Source of the DNA: Octopus sinensis
Taxonomy: Eukaryota
Length of the DNA: 22,325 bases
NCBI RefSeq assembly: GCF_006345805.1
Contig: NW_021836957.1
Location: 1 to 22,325, forward strand
Direction of reading: 5' to 3'
The position numbers and the translations under genes are program-made. Positions 9,553 to 16,956 of the stretch are shown here, piece after piece. The first letter of the stretch is position 1, and every line of letters starts with the position of its first letter. The notes under the pieces are model-generated. The model was not told where the DNA came from and did no database searches. It worked only from the letters and a program-made list of their open reading frames with translations.

Positions 9553-9598
9553 TATCCACAAAATTTGCAAGTTTTGAAGTGAAAAAATCTCATATAAT

Positions 9599-9660
9599 AA
9601 AAAAGTATCATTCCGAAATTTTGTTGAGTAATTCAAAAAAAGTATAATTCCAAAATTTTT
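9599..9660. promoter_or_regulatory. Two copies of a candidate histone promoter motif upstream of H2B
   Basis: AAAAAGTATCATTCCGAAATTTT (~9600-9622) and AAAAAGTATAATTCCAAAATTTT (~9637-9659). A TATA-like TTATTATAT lies on the minus strand at ~9592-9600. Confidence 0.65.
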
Positions 9661-9666
9661 GAAGTT

Positions 9667-9837
9667 GACGGGATGACCCTTTTCCCATTTGAAAGAGGAA
9701 AAGGCCTCGTATGGCATGCAAGCTGCTGGGATACTTTCTCTGTTTCACATCTAACCTCGTGTGCTCTGGAGGCTAAATCAGCTACTAAAAAGCCTGAAGA
9801 TTTAAAGCTTTCCAAATATTCTGCCCTTTTGGAATAA
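9667..9837 (+). mobile_element. Relic of a CRE/NeSL-like non-LTR element, restriction-like endonuclease (N-terminal part)
   Basis: My translation DGMTLFPFERGKGLVWHASCWDTFSVSHL..LKLSKYSAL resembles the PDGxTLxPWxRGKxLxWDxTCxDT..K..KY signature. Recognised by eye, not searched. Confidence 0.65.
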
Positions 9838-9929
9838 AATATCAAGAGGAATTCTGCAAGGGGACTCTTTGTCTCCACAGCTATTTGTTTTGGTGATGGA
9901 TACTTTGAGTAGGATGTATTGATGTTTTA

Positions 9930-10214
9930 GTTATTATAACACATTCCGTGGGAACATAAACAAAGTTATAATCCCACACGTGTCACAAGCGAAACAATCT
10001 TCTGGACCATCCTTGTCCATGCCCTTCTGTTGCGGGCGAGATCCCGTAAAGATTCTAGGTCGTCCCAGTTTTTGAAACTTTTGTCATGAAGTTTGAGATC
10101 CCTTTCAAGAACTGTCGGAAGAGTGGATCTAGGTCTTCCACGATATTTGTCTCCATGTTCGGAGAAATAATCGTCCATTGCCCGATTGGCCGGAGCTCTG
10201 GGGTCCACTCGCAA
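9930..10214 (-). mobile_element. 3' end of an RTE-like LINE, 5'-truncated
   Basis: PANRAMDDYF..YRGRPRSTL..LRDLARNRRAWTRMV is typical of an RTE-clade C-terminus and is homologous to 14560-14794. The 3' boundary is approximate. Confidence 0.75.
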
Positions 10215-10478
10215 ATAATTCTCTAAATAAACATAATTATAAACAGATGCAAAAAAATAAAATATTAGAAAAAAATAAATTTTTCAAACGATATAACTCT
10301 AATTTATTGTATAAATATACTTTTTGTTATTTCAACAAGATTTCTTACCAATTAAAAAAGCAATCGTAGTATTTCACCGTCGTTTGGTAGCTAGTTAGTA
10401 TATTTATGAAATTGCTAATTTTTATCTGGTTAATTTGTAAGGAATATCAATGTATTTTATTAAAAAAATTATGTATAA

Positions 10479-10786
10479 TTATCCACCAAATCCGTAAATT
10501 GTCCTACCTTGACGTTTCAAGGCATTAACAACCATTGCGATAACAGTTTTTCTTTTGGCATGTTCAGTATAGGAAATACAATCACGAACAGTTTGCTCAA
10601 TAAAAATCTTAAGGACAGAACGTGTCTCCTCGTAAATTTTTCCAGAAATTCTTCGAACACCCCCCCTCTTCGACATAGTCTTCTTATTGCTGGCTTAGTA
10701 ATTCCTTGTATATTGTCAATTAATATCTTTCGAAATCGTTTTGCACCACTCTTTCCTCCTTTGCCACCTTTACCACGTCCAGACAT
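10479..10786 (-). CDS. H4: Histone H4 (indels here; intact copy at 16505-16813)
   Basis: [51 protein letters not shown]. One indel lies in a C-homopolymer near 10660. Confidence 0.92.
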
Positions 10787-10941
10787 TGAAAAATTCTCTA
10801 AATGAACACTATTTTCAACCTATGCACAAAAAGTATCATTGCCAAATTTTTTCAAAAGGACCATTCCGAAAAAAATTTTCAACTAAATTTCGGAATGCCA
10901 TTTTTTTTATTATGTAAATAAAAAATAGTTAGCAGAGTATA
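10787..10941. promoter_or_regulatory. 155-bp bidirectional H4/H2A promoter with three motif copies
   Basis: AAAAAGTATCATTGCCAAATTTT (~10828), CCATTCCGAAAAAAATTTT (10861), and an inverted AAATTTCGGAATGCCATTTTTT (~10886). Initiator-like TCATTT on the minus strand near 10803. Confidence 0.7.
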
Positions 10942-11300
10942 ATGTCTTCAAGAGGAAAAGGAGGAAAAGTACGGTCAAAGGCTAAAAGCAAATCCGTTCG
11001 GGCCGGGTTACAGTTTCCAGTTGGACGCATTCACCGGTGTCTCCGTCATGAAACCCGAATGCGAGTAGGAATTCCTGCCGCAGTATATATGTGCGCAGTA
11101 TTGGAATATGCTGTGGCTGAAATGCTTGAACTTGCTGGAAATACAGCAGTAAAATGTGGAAAAGAAGAATTAAACCACGTCACATTGTCGTTGCAATTGG
11201 AAATGACGACGAATTAAAAGAATTAACTCAGAAAGCTATTATTTCATCTGGTGGATTTATGATTCGCAAAACTGCAGAAACTCCTAAAACAACTTCCTAA
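10942..11300 (+). CDS. H2A: Histone H2A, divergent, one frameshift at ~11163
   Basis: [35 protein letters not shown]. After a one-base correction in an A-run it reads [44 protein letters not shown]. Confidence 0.9.
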
Positions 11301-11552
11301 CTTTAAATTAATTATTTGAATAATGCCACTGTTATTTTGTAATATTGTTTTCGAAATACAATAGATCAACCAGTTAAGTTTTTTTAACGAATTTCAAAAA
11401 AATTTCAAAAACAATCAACGAATAAACATTTAGAAGTAATTATAGATAAAATATCGCAATACTGTGTTATTTTATCATTGGCGAAATATTTTTTTAGTCC
11501 AATATAATTTATTTACTTAGGCTAAATTATCCCAAAAAATAGTAAATATATA

Positions 11553-13018
11553 CAGTGAACAAAAATAAAAACTGAAAAAGCATTTTCTCATGAATTTACT
11601 ATGAAAACAAATTTAAAAAATAACTTCTATTGATTTAAAAAAATTAAATAAAGTTTTGCTTATTTTTGTCTAAAAAATATTATATTTATACAGTTTTCCA
11701 TTCATTCATAATTCAGAACCCAAAAAATGAACAAATTTATTTAATATCTATTATGTCCTCCATTAGCTCTAATTACATCTAGTATTCGGCCTGGCATGCT
11801 ATTAATAAGACTTTTTGCGTATTCTATTTTGAGTTAATTCAAATGGATGATATTTTGCAAATAAATGTTCCTTTTTCAAAAATTCTCTTCCTTTGATTTT
11901 TCTTTAATAAAGGCCCAAACATTCTCTATAGGGTTTAAATCTGGGTTGTGTTGGCCATAGTAGTAATTCGATATTATTTACTTGAAAAAAGCTCTTTGCT
12001 ATTGCCGAAGTATGTTTCAGATCATTGTCTTGTTGGAAACTAGGATCTTTATGTTCGATTTTGTTCAGAAATGAGATCATATTATTCGTTAATATGTTAA
12101 CATACAAAGCTCCACAATCTCTCTTTTATCAAAACCAAATTAATGAATCCAATATTGATTATGGCATGATAGTTCATGATAGTTCCTTTACCGATTTTAT
12201 TGTTTTTGTAAGATTGCTTGTTAAATATTTTCCTTGCGATTTCTCCATACTAAAGTTCTTACATCACTATTTTACATATTAAATTTACTTTCATCACTTA
12301 AAATAACTCGCTCCCGAAATATTTTGAGAGCATATTGCATGTTTGGCATAGCTTTAATCATTGAAGTTTAGGGTTTTTGGTAAGAAGTGGTCTTTTCGTG
12401 GGCGGATATGCATTCAGACCAATTTTTTCGTGGTATTTCTTATTGTTTGAGCTGTTACTGATTTCCCTTTTTTCTGTAAATGTTTTAGTAAATTAAAAAC
12501 AGTTGAAATTGACATCCACTTTTCAAGCCTCTTTAATTTAAAATATTTTTGACGATTGAGCAATGAATGGTCAACCAGACCCAACTTTTTTGTCCGTCAA
12601 GCACTTATTTGAATAGCTTTTGATAATTTGCAATATCGTGCCAAGCATACTTTTTCGTGATTGATATCTTGTTTTCTGTATGTTTTTCCAGATTTATACA
12701 TGCCAATTATTCTGCCTTTTTCTTCAAATGTTCAATGATTGGCTATGTAGAGAGGTTACAAATGATTGAATTTGAACGAATTTTAAAAAATAAAACCTTT
12801 TTTTTGATATATATAAGTAATTTAAATTTGTTCAGTATTTTTTTGGTTTTAAATTTTCGATATCATAAAAACGGGCATAAATATATATTTATTAAAAAAA
12901 ACTAAAAAATGTAAAATACTTTAATCTATGTTAAAAATAAATTTGAGACATATTTGCAATATTGTCCAATTGTAAATTTATAAGAAAAAGCATGTTCAGT
13001 TTTTATTTTTGTTCACTA
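11553..13018 (-). mobile_element. Degenerate Tc1/mariner DNA transposon with TIRs and TA duplication
   Basis: TA|CAGTGAACAAAAATAAAAACTGAA at 11551-11576 and TTCAGTTTTTATTTTTGTTCACTA|TA at 12995-13020. Minus-strand remnant FQQDNDLKHTS..LLLWPTQ (11904-12107) matches the Tc1 DDE region. Confidence 0.88.
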
Positions 13019-13243
13019 TAGCTTGTTCATGGTTATAGTTTTTGTTGTTTTCCTGCTATATATTAATTATCCAACAAATCCGTATTAAACAATTTTTAAT
13101 TATATATTTTCTAAAATACACAAATAGTATCCTCTTTTTATCTAAACGAGGTGCAACATTACATTTCTACAAACTTCAACAAAAAATTTAAAAATTGTCT
13201 CAGAATTATCCAAACAATAAATCATTTTTTATTAAAATACAAA

Positions 13244-13660
13244 TTATGTTTTTTCACCTCGAATTCTTCTCGATAAATGCATATCGTTTGGCATTATAGT
13301 TACTCTTTTTCCGTGAATTGCACACAAATTACTATCTTCAAAAATTCCACAATAGGTAACTCTCTGCCGCTTCTTGGAGAGCAACAATCGCTGACGATTG
13401 AAAACGCAAATCAGTTTTGATAAACTGAGCGGTTTCTCTCACGAGTCTCTGGAATGGAAGTTTTCGTAGTAACAAATCAGTGCTCTTTTGATACGTCTGT
13501 CTCGATTTCTCGCATTGCAACAACTCCAGGTCGAAATCGATGAGGTTTCTTTACCCCTCCAAATTGTGAAACAGACTTGCGAGCAGATTTTGCAGACAAT
13601 TGTTTCTTTGGAACTTTTGCTCCAGTAGAATTTTCGAGCAGTTTGTTTAGTTCTAGCCAT
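13244..13660 (-). CDS. H3: Histone H3, full length, ~3 frame disruptions (pseudogene or read error)
   Basis: [77 protein letters not shown]. Confidence 0.88.
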
Positions 13661-13688
13661 ATTTTTTTATTTCAGACCTAGTTTTTTG

Positions 13689-13754
13689 TATTATATAGTT
13701 AAACAACATTATTCCGAATTTTTTCGAGAAAAAGTATCATTCCGAAAATTTTTT
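13689..13754. promoter_or_regulatory. H3 promoter: TATA box plus two motif copies
   Basis: Minus-strand TATATAA near 13690-13697. CATTATTCCGAATTTTTT (~13707) and AAAAAGTATCATTCCGAAAATTTT (~13729). Confidence 0.65.
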
Positions 13755-13793
13755 GCTCATCATTTTAAAATTAAAAAATTAAATATTTTTAAA

Positions 13794-14833
13794 TACTGGA
13801 ACAATTCCTGGACCCTGACTCTGTCAATATGATAAGAGTACTACTATCGAACACAAAGCTCAAGGTGCGGGTCGGCACGGCGTTTTCCCGTGAATTCACG
13901 TGCAACCTCGGTACCCCTCAGGGAGACGCCCTCTCGCCGTTGCTATTCGTGATCTATCTGGAGACGGCACTACGAGACCTTCGAAAATTCTATGCTGGCA
14001 ATATCGTCGAAATTGTATATGCAGATGACGTCGACTTCGTGTCAGACTACAAATCGTCCTTACTTCGACTCCTTGAAGTGGCACCTGCTGAGCTGAACAG
14101 ATGGTTCCTTAAAATGAACGTTGGAAAAAACGACATCGTTGAAATCATGAGGATGGAGAGCAGCTCAAGTGAAGCCTGGCGCAAAACGAACAAACTCGGT
14201 TCTCTACTTGGGGACGGCCATGAATTGTCAGAAGAAAGGCTCTCGCTGGGCCACGATGAACAAGATAAAGAAAGAGTGGATCGGCAAACGACGACTCTGT
14301 ACGTCACTTCGTCTGAGGATGTATGAAGCCTTGTCAAACCAATCCTGACATATAATTCGGCGACCTGGGGAATGTCTAGTACTGAACAACGTGGACTCGA
14401 TTCTTTTCACCGCAGGCAACTTAGATCCCTACTGGGATTGAACTGGCCTATAAGAATCAACCAGGAATCGCTATACAATAGATGCAGAACTGGCCCTCTG
14501 AGTGTGGAAATCGTCAATATGCGGTGGAGGTTATTTGGCCATATTCTACGAATGGACATGCTTGCCCCAGCTAATATAGCAATGGAGGGCTACTTCCTGA
14601 AAGAGGGATCGAGCTTCCGTGGACGTCCACGTGTTACGCTGCCGGAAACACTTGACGGAGACCTGAAATGTGTGAAGAAAAGGCTAAGGAGTGGTGAGGA
14701 TCTGGACGAGCTGAGGAAAGTCGCTCACGACAGAGGAGGTTGGAGGAGGCTGGTTCAAAAGATTGTTTTTAATGCTGCACGAGTAAAATTATAACTAATA
14801 TGATTCTACGTATGTTGCAAATAATAATAATAA
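13794..14833 (+). mobile_element. 5'-truncated RTE-like LINE with (AAT)n tail and 14-bp target-site duplication
   Basis: RT motifs GTPQGDALSPLLF and YADDVDF, C-terminal RWRLFGHILRM..GRPRVTL. AAT repeats at ~14819-14836. TAAATATTTTTAAA occurs at both 13780-13793 and 14834-14847. Confidence 0.9.
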
Positions 14834-14960
14834 TAAATATTTTTAAAATAATATTTTATCAGCACCATCAAATAATTGTAACTATTGCTTAAATTGATGA
14901 ATTTTTCGAGATTACAGACTAAATTACTAGTGAACTAATTAAAGAAAAAACAGAGAACGA

Positions 14961-15158
14961 TCAGATCCCGGTCAAAAGAATAGCTTGCGTGTTGCCGCGC
15001 ATGATTGTACCAGAGATCCTCTGTCTTAGCCAAGAAGATTCGCTTGCATCCATGTTTCTCCGAGCGATAAGGAGGCAGACGTGTTTTAAGAACTTGGATG
15101 TTTGCGGGACAAAGGCTGCGGAGATCTCGAATGCCAAAGGGACAATTACTAGTTGCAT
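14961..15158 (-). mobile_element. C-terminus of a CRE/NeSL-like restriction-like endonuclease ORF
   Basis: PLAFEISAAFVPQTSKFLKHV..ESSWLRQRISGTIMRGNTQAILLTG* resembles PxAxETxGxxGP..SWLxQRxSxAxQRGNA. Recognised by eye. Confidence 0.7.
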
Positions 15159-15216
15159 TTGGATTGTTGAAATAGTTATTTAAGAACAAATAAATAAAAC
15201 AATTATTTTTAAAGTG

Positions 15217-15581
15217 TTATTTTGTATTCGTGTACTTAGTAACTGCCTTTGCACCCTCTGTAATAGCATGTTTTGCCAATTCACCGGGAAGAATCAGACG
15301 AACTGCAGTCTGTATTTCACGTGAGGTAATGGTAGCCTTCGAATTCTGATAGACTAGATTTGATGCCTCGGTTTTTATTTTGTCATAAACATCAAATGTG
15401 AAACTGTCCATAGCCATCATAGCCTTCTTTGACATCCCAAGTTGATTATGTACTGTCTTTAAAATTTTCATAAGATATATGGAAAAAGTTTTCCTTTTCT
15501 TTTTTTCTTTGTAGCAACAGAAACATTTTTGCTTTTTATAGGAGCTCTTTTTTGTCCCTTTGTGCTAACTTTAGGTGCCAT
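15217..15581 (-). CDS. H2B: Histone H2B, full length, one indel in the A-rich K-run
   Basis: [41 protein letters not shown]. Confidence 0.92.
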
Positions 15582-15626
15582 TATCCACAAAATTTGCAAG
15601 TTTGAAGTGAAAAAATCTCATATAAT

Positions 15627-15688
15627 AAAAAAGTATCATTCCGAAATTTTGTTGAGTAATTCAAAAAAAGTATAATTCCAAAATTTTT
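15627..15688. promoter_or_regulatory. H2B promoter motif pair (duplicate)
   Basis: Same sequence as 9599-9660. Confidence 0.65.
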
Positions 15689-15694
15689 GAAGTT

Positions 15695-15867
15695 GACGGG
15701 ATGACCCTTTCCCATTTGAAAGAGGAAAAGGCCTCCTCGTATGGCATGCAAGCTGCTGGGATACTTTCTCTGTTTCACATCTAACCTCGTGTGCTCTGGA
15801 GGCTAAATCAGCTACTAAAAAGCCTGAAGATTTAAAGCTTTCCAAATATTCTGCCCTTTTGGAATAA
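15695..15867 (+). mobile_element. Duplicate CRE-like endonuclease relic
   Basis: Near-identical to 9667-9837. Confidence 0.65.
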
Positions 15868-15959
15868 AATATCAAGAGGAATTCTGCAAGGACTCTTTGT
15901 CTCCACAGCTATTTGTTTTGGTGATGGATACTTTGAGTAGGATGTATTGATGTTTTAGT

Positions 15960-16240
15960 TATTATAACACATTCCGTGGGAACATAAACAAAGTTATAAT
16001 CCCACACGTGTCACAAGCGAAACAATCTTCTGGACCATCCTTGTCCATGCCCTTGTTTGCGGGCGAGATCCCGTAAAGATTCTAGGTCGTCCCAGTTTTT
16101 GAAACTTTTGTCATGAAGTTTGAGATCCTTTCAAGAACTGTCGGAAGAGTGGATCTAGGTCTTCCACGATATTTGTCTCCATGTTCGGAGAAATAATCGT
16201 CCATTGCCCGATTGGCCGGAGCTCTGGGGTCCACTCGCAA
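15960..16240 (-). mobile_element. Duplicate RTE-like 3' fragment
   Basis: Near-identical to 9930-10214. Confidence 0.75.
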
Positions 16241-16504
16241 ATAATTCTCTAAATAAACATAATTATAAACAGATGCAAAAAAATAAAATATTAGAAAAAA
16301 ATAAATTTTTCAAACGATATAACTCTAATTTATGTATAAATATACTTTTTGTTATTTCAACAAGATTTCTTACCAATTAAAAAAGCAATCGTAGTATTTC
16401 ACCGTCGTTTGGTAGCTAGTTAGTATATTTATGAAATTGCTAATTTTTATCTGGTTAATTTGTAAGGAATATCAATGTATTTTATTAAAAAAATTATGTA
16501 TAAT

Positions 16505-16813
16505 TTATCCACCAAATCCGTAAATTGTCCTACCTTGACGTTTCAAGGCATTAACAACGTCCATTGCGATAACAGTTTTTCTTTTGGCATGTTCAGTATA
16601 GGAAATACAATCACGAACAGTTTGCTCAATAAAAATCTTAAGGACAGAACGTGTCTCCTCGTAAATTTTTCCAGAAATTCTTCGAACACCCCCTCTTCGA
16701 CATAGTCTTCTTATTGCTGGCTTAGTAATTCCTTGTATATTGTCAATTAATATCTTTCGAAATCGTTTTGCACCACTCTTTCCTCCTTTGCCACCTTTAC
16801 CACGTCCAGACAT
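16505..16813 (-). CDS. H4: Histone H4, intact ORF (102 codons), upstream promoter replaced by a LINE
   Basis: Uninterrupted [20 protein letters not shown]. Confidence 0.96.
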   Translation of the reverse strand: MSGRGKGGKGGKSGAKRFRKILIDNIQGITKPAIRRLCRRGGVRRISGKIYEETRSVLKIFIEQTVRDCISYTEHAKRKTVIAMDVVNALKRQGRTIYGFGG

Positions 16814-16956
16814 TGAAAAATTCTCTAAATGGAAATTTTTTATTTAATAATTAATTAGAGAGGCTGTTAGTGAGGTAACATAAGGAGACCTTCGGCATTC
16901 CTGCCTTTTCGGCCCAGCACACACGCTCGCCTCTCTACACAACCACAGGTTAGGAC

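Larger units (their letters stand above)
9263..16831. repeat. Direct repeat, ~1.54 kb, period ~6.03 kb (9263-10804 vs ~15288-16831)
   Basis: H2B ATGs at 9552 and 15581, H4 ATGs at 10786 and 16813. The CRE and RTE relics between them are duplicated. Confidence 0.9.

Noticed and set aside
10942-11300. H2A.X or H2A.Z assignment
   Set aside because: There is no C-terminal SQ(E/D) motif and no H2A.Z-type signature.
12025-12905. Plus-strand ORFs 12025-12282 and 12657-12905
   Set aside because: They are AT-rich frames antisense to the decayed Tc1 transposase.
13244-13660. Centromeric H3 (CenH3) or other special variant
   Set aside because: The N-tail is canonical in length with K4, K9, K27 and K36, and loop 1 is not extended.
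10479-15581. Calling H4, H2A, H3 and H2B pseudogenes because of frameshifts
   Set aside because: Most indels are in homopolymers and differ between near-identical copies (H4 16505-16813 is intact), which points to read error. H3 has more disruptions and remains uncertain.
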